NCBI GenBank assembly: GCA_039801565.1
Contig: JBDRUX010000041.1
Location: 1-20,311 of the forward strand
Direction: 5' to 3'
DNA: 20,311 nt
Source of the DNA: a candidate division WOR-3 bacterium
Lineage (GTDB): Bacteria > Hydrothermota > Tepidihabitantia > Tepidihabitantales > JAOUPE01
The stretch's first letter is position 1; each line of letters begins with the position of its first letter. The notes below the pieces were generated by a model that worked only from the letters and a program-made list of their open reading frames with translations, made no database searches and was not told the DNA's origin. Both the position numbers and the translations under genes were made by a program. Of this stretch, positions 1 to 9,388 are shown in pieces.

Positions 1-191
1 TGTGTTCACCTCACGCAGTGAGATTCTTCTCAATATGCTTCTTCATCTTTTTCGTGTTTATTTGTGTTCATTCGTGGTTTTTCCCCTTTTCGTTCGGTGG
101 ACGCTGCGCGTAGCTCGTAAGAGATTCGCTTTAAGGAACATAATCCATCAAATGCGGATTGAAGGAAGGTCTAAAACGCCTGAAATTCAAG

Positions 192-253
192 GAACACAGA
201 TGGGGAGCCCGATTCGGGTAAGTTCTTGAGCTTAAAAAGAATTATCTGTGTTC
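192..253. repeat. 10-bp inverted repeat (GAACACAGAT/ATCTGTGTTC) among TGTGTTC-type short repeats
   Basis: GAACACAGAT at 192-201 and its reverse complement at 244-253; TGTGTTCA also at 1-8 and 63-70. Confidence 0.55.
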
Positions 254-350
254 TCTGTGGTTGATTTTGACAATACCAAATCAGTGATTAGGGGAAATAA
301 TGAGTCAGTATCGGAGATAGCTTACGAGGTAGTCTGCCGAATAACCTACC

Positions 351-554
351 AATTTGCCTTCCAACTTGCCACCGAACTCATTCCCAAACTTGGTTAAAAA
401 CCTGCTTGCCTACCTGCTTCAGTGCCTGCATACCAGTCTGTTTCGGTGCCTGATTACCCGCTTGCCAATAAGTTTGATGAAGAAAAAGCCTAAGTGCCTA
501 TGCAGAAGCCTACCCCCTAAGCTATTCCCAATACTGCTACCCCGCCATACCCCC
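351..554. repeat. Degenerate 12-bp-period tandem tract (17 units)
   Basis: Units AATTTGCCTTCC/AACTTGCCACCG/AACTCATTCCCA/AACTTGGTTAAA/AACCTGCTTGCC/TACCTGCTTCAG...; one frame has Leu at most fourth positions. Similar units at 307-342 are offset by an 8-bp partial unit. Confidence 0.7.
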
Positions 555-620
555 CTCTAAACCAAACATCAACCTAACCGATTGGAAATTGAAATGATAG
601 ACGAAAAAATCGGTCAATTT

Positions 621-644
621 AAAGGTTAGTTATAACTAACCTTT
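621..644. promoter_or_regulatory. Perfect 24-bp palindrome, possible operator upstream of clpB
   Basis: AAAGGTTAGTTA|TAACTAACCTTT, no spacer. Function is inferred. Confidence 0.45.
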
Positions 645-861
645 GCTCTGACACAAAACCCTGTCCCGATGCTTAACGAGTATTTAGGCTTTTAGAGTAT
701 TTGGCATCCCTTCCACTATCGTTTCTCTTCAAAAATTGATACTCGGTAAAATTAAGTAGTCCGACTTAGTTTAAATTTCTAATAAACCAATTTCCATAAA
801 ATGTGGCGGGCGAACCTAACCTATACTTAAAAGAGTCTAATAATAATTGAAAGGAGTTTGT

Positions 862-3411
862 ATGTTATTAGACCGATTTACCGAAAAGGCACAAGAAGCA
901 ATCGCCTTGGCACAAGAAGCCTTGCGTCGTTTCCATCATCAGGAGTTAAGACCCGAACATATCTTTTATGGTCTTTTGGCTCAGACCGATGGTGTTGTCC
1001 CGCAGATCCTACGGAAATTGGCAATTAAACCCGAAGCAATTCAAGAGGCAGTTGTTCAGGCATTAAAGGACATACCTTCAGTTTATCCGAGCGATAGTAG
1101 TCAAGTCTATTTAGCCCGACAGACTCAAAATCTTTTTGACCGAGCCAGCGATGAGGCGAATCGGTTAAAAGATAAATATATCGGCACCGAGCATCTCTTT
1201 TTGGCAATTAGTGAAGATTCAGTTGGTAAAGATATTCTAAGAAAATTCGATTTGACTAAAGAGAAGATTTATCAGGCAATGCAGAAGATTCGGGGTAGCC
1301 AAAGGATTGAAACACCAGAAGCCGAAGCCACCTATCAGGCATTGGAACGTTTTGGTCGTGACCTAACCGAGTTAGCCAAGGCTGGTAAACTCGACCCGGT
1401 AATCGGTCGGGACGATGAAATTCGGCGCGTAATCCAAGTTTTGTCTCGACGAACTAAGAATAATCCAGTGCTAATTGGTGAGGCTGGTGTGGGTAAGACC
1501 GCAATTGTCGAAGGTCTGGCACAACGCATTATCCGTGGTGATGTGCCAGAGAGTTTGAAAGACCGTAAAATTATTGCTTTGGATATGGGTGCCTTAATTG
1601 CTGGTGCCAAGTACCGCGGTGAATTTGAGAATCGGCTTAAGGCAGTATTAAAAGAAGTGACCAGTTCGGAAGGTCAAATTATCTTGTTCATTGATGAGTT
1701 ACATACCGTAGTAGGAGCCGGGGCAGCTGAAGGGGCAATTGATGCTGGCAATCTATTAAAACCACTTTTGGCAAGGGGCGAATTGCGTTGCATCGGTGCC
1801 ACAACCTTGGATGAATACCGTAAGCATATCGAAAAGGATGCAGCGTTAGAGCGAAGGTTTCAACCAGTCTATATTGACCAGCCATCGGTTGAAGATACTA
1901 TTTCAATCTTAAGAGGTTTAAAGGAACGTTACGAGTTACACCATGGGGTTCGAATTTCGGATTCGGCTTTAGTTGCGGCAGCAGTGATGTCGAATCGTTA
2001 CATCAGCGAACGATTCTTGCCGGATAAGGCGATTGATTTGGTTGACGAAGCAGCGGCAAAATTGAAGATGGAGATTACATCCAAGCCAATTGAACTGGAT
2101 GCGATTGACCGCAACTTAATGCAACTGGAGATGGAAAAACTATCACTGAAAAAAGAAGAAGACCCGGCATCAAAGGAAAGATTAGCCGAGATTGAAAAAG
2201 AGATTGCCAATCTGAAGGAAGAACAAACCCGGCTCGCTGCCCAATGGCAAGCGGAAAAGAAACTATTGGAAGAAACCAAAAAACTGAAACAGGCAATTGA
2301 AACGACCAATCTTGAGATTGAACGGGCGGAGCGGGCTTATGATTTGAACCGCGCTGCCGAACTTAAATATGGAACTTTAGCCAAGTTAAAGAAAGAATTA
2401 GCCGAAAAAGAAAAGGAACTGAAAAAAGAGACCCGACTTTTACGCGAACAGGTGACCGAAGAGGATATTGCTGAAGTGGTGAGTAAATGGACCGGAATAC
2501 CAGTCAAGAATCTGATGGAGTCAGAGAAACAGAAGTTGAAGCGTCTTGAAGAATATATTCACCAACGTTTAGTTGACCAAGATGAGGCAGTAGCAAAGGT
2601 GGCGGATGCGATTCGGCGGTCAAGGGCTGGACTCTCTGACCCAAAACGACCGATTGGCAGTTTCATCTTCTTGGGTCCAACCGGGGTTGGTAAGACCGAA
2701 TTGGCAAAGACCTTAGCCGAATTGCTTTTCGATTCCGAGCAGGCACTGGTGCGAATTGATATGTCCGAATATATGGAGAAACATACGGTCTCCCGGTTGA
2801 TTGGTGCACCACCGGGTTATGTTGGCTATGAAGAAGGTGGACAGTTGACCGAAGCGATAAGAAGAAGACCTTATCGGGTGATTCTCTTAGACGAAATTGA
2901 AAAAGCCCATAACGATGTCTTTAATATCTTGCTGCAGATTTTAGATGATGGTCGGTTGACCGATGGTCAGGGTAGAACCGTTGATTTTAAGAATACCATA
3001 ATCATTATGACCTCAAATCTGGGTACCGAATTGATACAAAGGGGCAGATTTGACCGGGAAGATTTATTAGCTCTGTTAAAACGAAAGTTCCGTCCTGAGT
3101 TTATCAATCGCATTGATGAGATTGTTGTCTTTAATCCTTTGGGTCGAGATGAGATAAGACAGATTGTGGATAAAGAGTTGCAAAAACTTAAGGATAAGTT
3201 GCAAGCCCAAGGAATTGAACTTACAATTAATGATGAAGTTAGAGAGATGTTAGCCTTAGAGGGTTACGACCCAGATTTTGGAGCAAGACCATTAAAGCGT
3301 TTGATTCAAAGGACAATTGAAAATCCTTTGGCTAAGTTTTTATTAGAGGCCAAGCCCGAAAAGATTCAAATCACTCGCAAAGATGGGAAAATCGATTTCC
3401 TAACCCACTAA
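862..3411 (+). CDS. clpB: ATP-dependent chaperone/disaggregase ClpB
   Basis: Clp N-domain, Walker A motifs GEAGVGKT and [15 protein letters not shown] and GYVGYEEGG pore loops, long coiled-coil M-domain. AAGGAG at 851-856 favours ATG 862 over TTG 847. Confidence 0.97.
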   Translation: MLLDRFTEKAQEAIALAQEALRRFHHQELRPEHIFYGLLAQTDGVVPQILRKLAIKPEAIQEAVVQALKDIPSVYPSDSSQVYLARQTQNLFDRASDEANRLKDKYIGTEHLFLAISEDSVGKDILRKFDLTKEKIYQAMQKIRGSQRIETPEAEATYQALERFGRDLTELAKAGKLDPVIGRDDEIRRVIQVLSRRTKNNPVLIGEAGVGKTAIVEGLAQRIIRGDVPESLKDRKIIALDMGALIAGAKYRGEFENRLKAVLKEVTSSEGQIILFIDELHTVVGAGAAEGAIDAGNLLKPLLARGELRCIGATTLDEYRKHIEKDAALERRFQPVYIDQPSVEDTISILRGLKERYELHHGVRISDSALVAAAVMSNRYISERFLPDKAIDLVDEAAAKLKMEITSKPIELDAIDRNLMQLEMEKLSLKKEEDPASKERLAEIEKEIANLKEEQTRLAAQWQAEKKLLEETKKLKQAIETTNLEIERAERAYDLNRAAELKYGTLAKLKKELAEKEKELKKETRLLREQVTEEDIAEVVSKWTGIPVKNLMESEKQKLKRLEEYIHQRLVDQDEAVAKVADAIRRSRAGLSDPKRPIGSFIFLGPTGVGKTELAKTLAELLFDSEQALVRIDMSEYMEKHTVSRLIGAPPGYVGYEEGGQLTEAIRRRPYRVILLDEIEKAHNDVFNILLQILDDGRLTDGQGRTVDFKNTIIIMTSNLGTELIQRGRFDREDLLALLKRKFRPEFINRIDEIVVFNPLGRDEIRQIVDKELQKLKDKLQAQGIELTINDEVREMLALEGYDPDFGARPLKRLIQRTIENPLAKFLLEAKPEKIQITRKDGKIDFLTH

Positions 3412-3519
3412 AAAACCGGTAGCGTGGGTTAGCGATTCAAAATGAGCAAAAAGCCCATTCGTCAGTAATATCAGAAAATATCCAATACTTAATTAGCACT
3501 ATAAATTTAACAAGTCGGA

Positions 3520-3548
3520 TTGACAATCGGCTATTTCTCGATTATGAT
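3520..3548 (+). promoter_or_regulatory. Sigma70-type promoter for holA (and possibly leuS-guaA)
   Basis: TTGACA (3520-3525), 17 bp, TATGAT (3543-3548). Confidence 0.7.
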
Positions 3549-3556
3549 ACTTAAGG

Positions 3557-4627
3557 ATGCAAAAGATAAAGCAGTCTAATTCGGCAATCAGTAAACCAAT
3601 GCCCAACAAAGCACCGGCTTTGGTCTTACAACAATTAGAAAATGAAATAACTTCTAATAAAATCGCTTCCACTTACATCATCTTTACAAACGATAATGTT
3701 ATTGTTGATGAGATTGTCGGTCTTTTAAAAGAGGCGCTTTTAACCCCAGGTTTTGAGACATTTGATTTTGACCTTTTACATTGCCGGGATATCGGTCAAG
3801 CTGAAATTTTAGCCAAGGTTTTTACCCCACCGTTTCAAGCTCAGAAAAGATTAATAGTAATCAAAGATATCCTAAAAATTCCGGAAGCCGAACGCTGCGA
3901 ACTACTCACTAAATTGAGTAAACCAAGGGGATTTAGTGTGACGGTAGTTGCTACCGAATGGGACAGGTCACTCAGTAATTTTGTCGAAAGTTTGGTTGAA
4001 CACCGTGAGACCGAGATTGCGGTTTATAATTTCTACAAACCTTTCTTAAGTGATTTGAAAGAACAGGTGCGAAGATGGGCGCAGGTGCAGGGTGTGGTGG
4101 TAGATAGTGACGCTATTGATTTATTGATCGAGCTTGCTGGTGACGTACCCGATATTTTAAATAAAGAATTAGAGAAAATTGCCATTCTGGTTGGTCCGGG
4201 TCGCCGCATAACCGAGGCGATGGTTCGAAGGCTCGCCGCCCAATCGCGGGATTACGAATTGAATGAATTAGTAACCGCTATCGCCGAAAAGAAACTAAAC
4301 AAATCCTTGAAGATTTTGTCGCATCTGGAAACCTGGGGCGAAGAGCCGGTAAAAATTGTCGGCTGGCTCGGTAATTCCCTGTTTCAATTGTTAAGAGTCA
4401 AAGAGTTGAAATGTTACCCAACCACGGTTGCCAAAGAATTAAATTTGCGTCCAACCTCACTATTGTTAAAAAACTTAATCAGCCAAGCGAAAAATTGGAC
4501 GAGAAAAAGTCTCAACCATTGCTTGGTCGAATTGGCGACAATGGATAGCGCGATAAAAAAGGGTCACCCCCAACCTTACTTCTTGTTAGAAAGCTTTCTG
4601 ATTAGAAATCTCGAAATGGAAATTTAA
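3557..4627 (+). CDS. holA: DNA polymerase III subunit delta
   Basis: TPPFQAQKRLIVIK, LIELAG, LNKELEKIAIL, GEEPVKI and C-terminal D..IKKG..LLE patterns typical of HolA; adjacent to leuS. Start may be ATG 3599. Confidence 0.88.
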   Translation: MQKIKQSNSAISKPMPNKAPALVLQQLENEITSNKIASTYIIFTNDNVIVDEIVGLLKEALLTPGFETFDFDLLHCRDIGQAEILAKVFTPPFQAQKRLIVIKDILKIPEAERCELLTKLSKPRGFSVTVVATEWDRSLSNFVESLVEHRETEIAVYNFYKPFLSDLKEQVRRWAQVQGVVVDSDAIDLLIELAGDVPDILNKELEKIAILVGPGRRITEAMVRRLAAQSRDYELNELVTAIAEKKLNKSLKILSHLETWGEEPVKIVGWLGNSLFQLLRVKELKCYPTTVAKELNLRPTSLLLKNLISQAKNWTRKSLNHCLVELATMDSAIKKGHPQPYFLLESFLIRNLEMEI

Positions 4628-4673
4628 ATGGCGATGCGATCCGGAAACGGCGAAAAGGGAGGTTTGGAAAGAA

Positions 4674-7142
4674 ATGACAAATAATCAAGCATCGTTTAAA
4701 CAACGCGAAGCGAAATGGCAAAAATTTTGGGAGGAAAAAGGTATTTTTAAAACTAACCCAAACCCAAAGCGAAAATATTATGTCTTGGTGATGTATCCCT
4801 ATCCTTCCGGTGACCTTCATATGGGGCATGTCAAGAATTATGTGATTGGTGATGTGATTAACCGGTATCGCAAGATGCAAGGCTATGATGTGCTCCATCC
4901 CTTTGGCTGGGATGCGTTTGGCTTACCAGCCGAAAATGCTGCGATTGCCCACGGTATCCATCCTGAAAAATGGACCAAGGAAAATATTGAAATTTCCAAA
5001 AGAAACCTTAAGTTGATGGGCATTGGTTATGACTGGGATGCTGAAGTAACAACCTGTGAGCCGGACTATTATCGCTGGAACCAGTGGTTATTCCTGAAAT
5101 TTTATGAGCGTGGTTTGGCTTATCGGAAAGAGGCTTATGTCAACTGGTGTCCAAAATGTCAAACGGTACTTGCTAACGAACAAGTGGTAGAAGGGCACTG
5201 TTACCGTTCGGCTTGTGCTGCTCCGGTTGAAAAGAAGAAGTTGACCCAATGGTTTTTCAAGATTACCGAATATGCCCAAAGACTTTTAGACGGTTTGGAC
5301 AAACTTCCTCATTGGCCCGAGAATGTCAAGACGATGCAGCGCAATTGGATTGGTCGGAGTGAAGGGGTTGAGGTTGACTTCACCTTAGAGCATAATGGGC
5401 AAAAATTTCCAATCTTTACCACCCGACCCGACACGCTCTACGGTGTCACTTTTATGGCTTTAGCCCCGGATGCGCCATTAGCTGAAACGATTGCCCAAGG
5501 CACCAAATACGAAAAAGAAGTTTCGGAATTTATCACCCGAATTTTAAAACGGCCTGAGATTGAACGGATTGCGGTCGGAACCGAAAAGGAAGGGGTCTTT
5601 ACTGGTCGGTATGCGATAAATCCAGTAAATGGCGAAAGGGTGCCAATCTATATTGCTGATTTCGTTTTAGCCTCCTATGGCACTGGAATGATTATGGCGG
5701 TACCAGCCCATGACCAACGCGACTTTGAATTTGCTAAGAAATACAATATCCCAATCAAAGTCGTAATTAATCCACCAGGTGAAAATTTAAGACCCGAAAC
5801 AATGACCGCTGCCTATGTTGATGAAGGGATAATGGTAAATTCGGGTCAGTTTAATGGACTGAATAATCAAGAAGGAATTGAGAAAATCACCGATTACTTA
5901 GTAGCAAAAGGGATTGGTCGAAGAACCGTTAATTACCGGTTAAAAGACTGGTTAATCTCCCGCCAGCGTTATTGGGGGACACCAATCCCAATGATTCATT
6001 GTGAAAGGTGTGGGATTGTGCCGGTCCCGGAAAAGGATTTACCGGTGCTTCTACCCAAAGATGTGAAAGATTATACACCAAAAGGCAAGTCGGTTCTGGC
6101 AGGAGTTGAATCGTTCATTAATACAACTTGTCCGAATTGTGGTGGTAAGGCAAAGCGTGACCCGGATACGATGGACACCTTTGTTGATTCTTCTTGGTAT
6201 TTTTTCCGTTACTGTGACCCGAAGAATGATAAATTACCCTTTGACCCGAAAAAAGTAAATCAGTGGCTTCCGGTTGATGAATATATTGGCGGAATTGAGC
6301 ATGCCTGTGGTCATCTCATCTTCTTCCGATTCTTTACCAAGGTGCTACACGATATGGGAATGGTTGCGGTAGATGAACCTTGCGATTACCTTTGGATGAT
6401 TGGGATGGTCAAATATAAGGGCGCGGTGATGTCCAGTTCGAAAAAGCATGGGGTATGGGTTGGTCCGTTTGTTGAAGAACATGGTGCCGATGTTGCAAGA
6501 TTGACAATGCTTTTTGCAACGCCACCAGAAAAAGAGATGGACTGGTCAGACGAACTGGTCACTGGTGTCACGCGCTTTATCCAACGCATCAACCGCTTAT
6601 ACGAAGAGAACAAAAATATAATTCAGAATTCAGAATTCGAAATTCAAAATTTGTCCGAAGCAGAACGAAGGCTCTATATCCGATTGAACCAGACCATAAA
6701 AAAGGTAATAACTGATACTGAGGCATTTCAATACAATACCGCGATTGCTGGATTGATGGAATTTTTAAATGACCTCTATGCCTTCAATGACAAAAAGAGT
6801 CAAGTTTTTGCTTTTGCCTTAAATCGTTTCGTGTTACTATTAGCTCCATTTGCTCCCCATTTAGCCGAAGAACTCTGGCATCAAATTGGTAACGAAAAAA
6901 CTATCTTTCTTGAACCTTTCCCAACTTATGATGAGAAGGCAACGAGTTTTGCTGAGATGACGATTCCAATTCAAATCAACGGCAAACTCCGCTCGAAGTT
7001 AGTGGTCCCAGTTGGCACAACCGAAGAGACAATTAAAAAATTAGCATTTGAGGACAAAAAGGTTATTGAATATACCCAAGGCAAAACAGTAACGCGGATA
7101 ATTTACATACCAAATAAACTCTTAAGCATTGTAACCAACTAA
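4674..7142 (+). CDS. leuS: Leucine--tRNA ligase
   Basis: MYPYPSGDLHMGH (HIGH), GWDAFGLPAENAA, editing motifs FTTRPDT and AVPAHDQRD, DWLISRQRYWG, DTMDTFVDSSWY, C-terminal IQINGKLR; SD GGGAGGT. KMSKS reads VMSSS. Confidence 0.97.
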   Translation: MTNNQASFKQREAKWQKFWEEKGIFKTNPNPKRKYYVLVMYPYPSGDLHMGHVKNYVIGDVINRYRKMQGYDVLHPFGWDAFGLPAENAAIAHGIHPEKWTKENIEISKRNLKLMGIGYDWDAEVTTCEPDYYRWNQWLFLKFYERGLAYRKEAYVNWCPKCQTVLANEQVVEGHCYRSACAAPVEKKKLTQWFFKITEYAQRLLDGLDKLPHWPENVKTMQRNWIGRSEGVEVDFTLEHNGQKFPIFTTRPDTLYGVTFMALAPDAPLAETIAQGTKYEKEVSEFITRILKRPEIERIAVGTEKEGVFTGRYAINPVNGERVPIYIADFVLASYGTGMIMAVPAHDQRDFEFAKKYNIPIKVVINPPGENLRPETMTAAYVDEGIMVNSGQFNGLNNQEGIEKITDYLVAKGIGRRTVNYRLKDWLISRQRYWGTPIPMIHCERCGIVPVPEKDLPVLLPKDVKDYTPKGKSVLAGVESFINTTCPNCGGKAKRDPDTMDTFVDSSWYFFRYCDPKNDKLPFDPKKVNQWLPVDEYIGGIEHACGHLIFFRFFTKVLHDMGMVAVDEPCDYLWMIGMVKYKGAVMSSSKKHGVWVGPFVEEHGADVARLTMLFATPPEKEMDWSDELVTGVTRFIQRINRLYEENKNIIQNSEFEIQNLSEAERRLYIRLNQTIKKVITDTEAFQYNTAIAGLMEFLNDLYAFNDKKSQVFAFALNRFVLLLAPFAPHLAEELWHQIGNEKTIFLEPFPTYDEKATSFAEMTIPIQINGKLRSKLVVPVGTTEETIKKLAFEDKKVIEYTQGKTVTRIIYIPNKLLSIVTN
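6620..6654 (+). repeat. 7-bp tandem repeat inside leuS
   Basis: AATTCAG AATTCAG AATTCGA AATTCAA AATTTGT, encoding IQNSEFEIQNL. Confidence 0.75.
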
Positions 7143-7178
7143 TTGCTTCGAACCGACATTTAGCCTCAAATTTTTATT

Positions 7179-8708
7179 ATGGAAAAAATAATCATCTTAG
7201 ATTTCGGTTCCCAGTACACCCAGCTTATTGCTCGAAAAATTCGGGAATTGAAAGTCTATTGCGAAATCAAGCCATTCTCTTTATCCGCCGAAGAAATCAA
7301 AAAGATTGCACCCAAAGCCTTAATTCTTTCCGGTGGACCAGCCAGCGTCAATCAAACCGACCGACCATATCCAGATAAAAAAATCTTTGAACTTGGTATA
7401 CCAATCCTTGGGATTTGTTATGGCATGCAAGTCATCGCGGATGCCTTTGGCGGAAAAGTGAGTTATGCAAAAACCCGAGAATACGGTCGGAGCAAGCTTT
7501 TGATAAATAAGAAAGATGCTATCTTTTCCAATCTTCCCGAATCGATGACCGTCTGGATGAGCCATGGCGATTCGGTTGCGGTGCTACCAAAAGGCTTTAT
7601 CAATTTAGCCAAAAGCGAAGGGATTCCTTGCGCGGCTTTTGTTAACAAAACCAAAAAGATATACGGTGTCCAGTTTCATCCCGAAGTTGCCCATACCCCA
7701 AAAGGCAAAGCGATGCTTGCGAATTTTTTATTCAAGATTGCTAACTGCTTACCAACCTGGACAATGACTTCTTTTATCCAAGAAAAGACCGAAGAGATTA
7801 GAGATAGGGTTGGTGACGAGCGTGTTATCTGTGCCTTATCCGGTGGGGTTGATTCAACCGTTCTTTGCACCCTTTTGCACCGGGCAATTGGCAATCAACT
7901 GATTGCTATTTTTGTTAATAACGGCTTGTTACGAAAAGGTGAACCCGAAGCGATTGTTCAAAGGTTCAAAAATCTTTTCAATTTGAGATATATTAATGCT
8001 GAAAGACGCTTTCTTTCAAAACTTAGAGGTGTTATTGACCCGGAGCGAAAAAGGAGAATTATTGGTAATGAGTTTATCCGCATCTTTGAAAACGAAGCAA
8101 AAAAAATCGGTGGAATAAAATTTTTAGCCCAAGGCACACTCTATCCAGATGTGATTGAGAGTAAATCCCCTTGGGGTGGACCTTCAGCAACAATCAAGAC
8201 CCATCATAATGTCGGTGGGCTACCCAAAAGAATGCGATTTCAACTGATTGAGCCATTAAAAGAACTATTCAAAGACGAAGTTAGGGTTTTGGGTAAAGAA
8301 TTAGGTTTGCCGGATGATATTTTAAAGCGTCAGCCCTTTCCTGGTCCTGGTCTGGCAGTGAGAATCATTGGCGATGTGACTAAAGAACGATTGAGAATCT
8401 TAAAAGAAGCGGATGCGATACTATTAGATGAAATCCGAAAAGCCAATTGGGAGAGAAAACTCTGGCAGGCTTTTGCGGTGTTATTGCCAGTGAAGACGGT
8501 TGGTGTGATGGGTGACCAAAGAACTTATGAGGCGGTAATTGCCATTCGAGCGGTTTATTCTTCGGATGCAATGACCGCAGACTGGGCAGATTTACCCCAT
8601 AGCCTTTTAGGTAGGATTGCCAATCGGATTATTAATGAAGTGAGAGGGGTGAATCGCGTTGTCTATGACATCAGCTCTAAACCACCCAGCACAATTGAAT
8701 GGGAGTAA
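7179..8708 (+). CDS. guaA: GMP synthase (glutamine-hydrolysing)
   Basis: [62 protein letters not shown]. Confidence 0.98.
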   Translation: MEKIIILDFGSQYTQLIARKIRELKVYCEIKPFSLSAEEIKKIAPKALILSGGPASVNQTDRPYPDKKIFELGIPILGICYGMQVIADAFGGKVSYAKTREYGRSKLLINKKDAIFSNLPESMTVWMSHGDSVAVLPKGFINLAKSEGIPCAAFVNKTKKIYGVQFHPEVAHTPKGKAMLANFLFKIANCLPTWTMTSFIQEKTEEIRDRVGDERVICALSGGVDSTVLCTLLHRAIGNQLIAIFVNNGLLRKGEPEAIVQRFKNLFNLRYINAERRFLSKLRGVIDPERKRRIIGNEFIRIFENEAKKIGGIKFLAQGTLYPDVIESKSPWGGPSATIKTHHNVGGLPKRMRFQLIEPLKELFKDEVRVLGKELGLPDDILKRQPFPGPGLAVRIIGDVTKERLRILKEADAILLDEIRKANWERKLWQAFAVLLPVKTVGVMGDQRTYEAVIAIRAVYSSDAMTADWADLPHSLLGRIANRIINEVRGVNRVVYDISSKPPSTIEWE

Positions 8709-8792
8709 AAAGCAGTGATTTGGGAATAGTGCCTTAGGATTAGTGGGTAAGTCTTATATTTGATATTTCATCATTAAAATACTTAAATTTCT

Positions 8793-8898
8793 AATGACTA
8801 ATTGCCAAATGTCGAATCAATGATTAAATTATTAATGACTAATTTAGGAATTTGCAATTAGACATTGATTGGGCATTTGGATTTAGAAATTAGTCATT
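8793..8898. repeat. Long imperfect inverted repeat of AATGACT-type heptamer units after guaA
   Basis: AATGACTAATT (8793-8803) pairs with AATTAGTCATT (8888-8898); 8805-8822 pairs with 8863-8880 at 16/18; extra AATGACTAATT at 8834-8844. Confidence 0.75.
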
Positions 8899-8910
8899 TG
8901 TTTATCGGTA

Positions 8911-8948
8911 CTTTCTTTTGCCTCAATATTGATTAAACTGACCCAAGC
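8911..8948 (+). repeat. 38-bp exact direct repeat of EamA gene 5' coding sequence (other copy 14169-14206)
   Basis: CTTTCTTTTGCCTCAATATTGATTAAACTGACCCAAGC present at both positions. Confidence 0.95.
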
Positions 8949-9085
8949 GCATCATCGAATTTTGCTCGATTCGTGCGACCCAAAATTTCTCGTTATTAAG
9001 ATAAAGAGATAAAATTAACCTTGGTTTGCCGCCGGGACGGGCTTTGTTTAATTAAGTTGGCACTTAAATTTGTGCTTCACAAGAA

Positions 9086-9148
9086 TTAAAACAAATCTAC
9101 TTCCAATCTTTAAAAATTACAATTAAGGATTGAAGCGGCAAGTTTCAC
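9086..9148 (-). pseudogene. Possible 5' remnant of a ribulose-phosphate 3-epimerase-like gene
   Basis: GTG-started frame MKLAASILNCNF*RLEVDLF* resembles the Rpe N-terminus (xIAPSILSADFxxLxxEI); TTGACT-16-TATATT upstream (9221-9194). Only 20 codons. Confidence 0.35.
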
Positions 9149-9222
9149 CTGTTTTAGAGACTTAGTCTTATTATGACTTTGCACTTGTTATTGAATATAT
9201 TTAAAAAACGAGAAAAGTCAAT

Positions 9223-9249
9223 AAAAAAGCCTGCCCGGTTGGGGCAGGC
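9223..9249 (-). terminator. Intrinsic terminator
   Basis: Stem GCCTGCCC/GGGCAGGC (9229-9249), 5-nt loop, followed on the minus strand by TTTTTT. Confidence 0.8.
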
Positions 9250-9268
9250 AAGATTTGGAAGTTTTATA

Positions 9269-9334
9269 TTAGTAATACCAGACTAACCCAGCAGTGAGGT
9301 TTACACCGATTTGGAGTAATTTATAAATTGTCTC
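9269..9334 (-). pseudogene. Orphan 3' end of an OMP paralog (...QIGVNLTAGLVWYY*)
   Basis: Minus frame ends GLVWYY-TAA-TATAAA, the same C-terminus and post-stop sequence as the OMP at 12458-12985; upstream stop at 9335-9337; followed by a terminator. Confidence 0.75.
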
Positions 9335-9388
9335 TTAATTTTAATATTGAAATTTTTCTTTTTTTTATTAGCCTTTTAGAGAAAGAAA

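Noticed and set aside
297..315. ATAATGAGTCAGTATCGGA resembling part of the eamA 3' repeat
   Set aside because: Only 11 contiguous matching bases plus a gapped extension; chance cannot be excluded.
351..554. CRISPR array or confident CDS (ORF 354-560)
   Set aside because: No constant repeat with unique spacers and no cas genes; the ORF lacks an SD and follows from the periodicity.
3400..3432. Stem CTAACCCAC/GTGGGTTAG over the clpB stop as a terminator
   Set aside because: 15-nt loop and no U-tract.
3493..3519. CIRCE element (TTAGCACT)
   Set aside because: Only the left half-site is present, and it lies downstream of clpB.
1025..8571. Short antisense ORFs inside clpB, holA/leuS and guaA (and similar ones within later genes)
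   Set aside because: Shadow ORFs of well-supported genes with no recognisable motifs.
9019..9046. c-di-GMP-I riboswitch fragments (GGCAAACC, CAAAGCC)
   Set aside because: Motifs are in the wrong order and the GNRA-capped hairpin is missing.
9347..9374. T8 run in a putative promoter spacer as a phase-variation tract
   Set aside because: Short run in very AT-rich DNA and weak -10 box.
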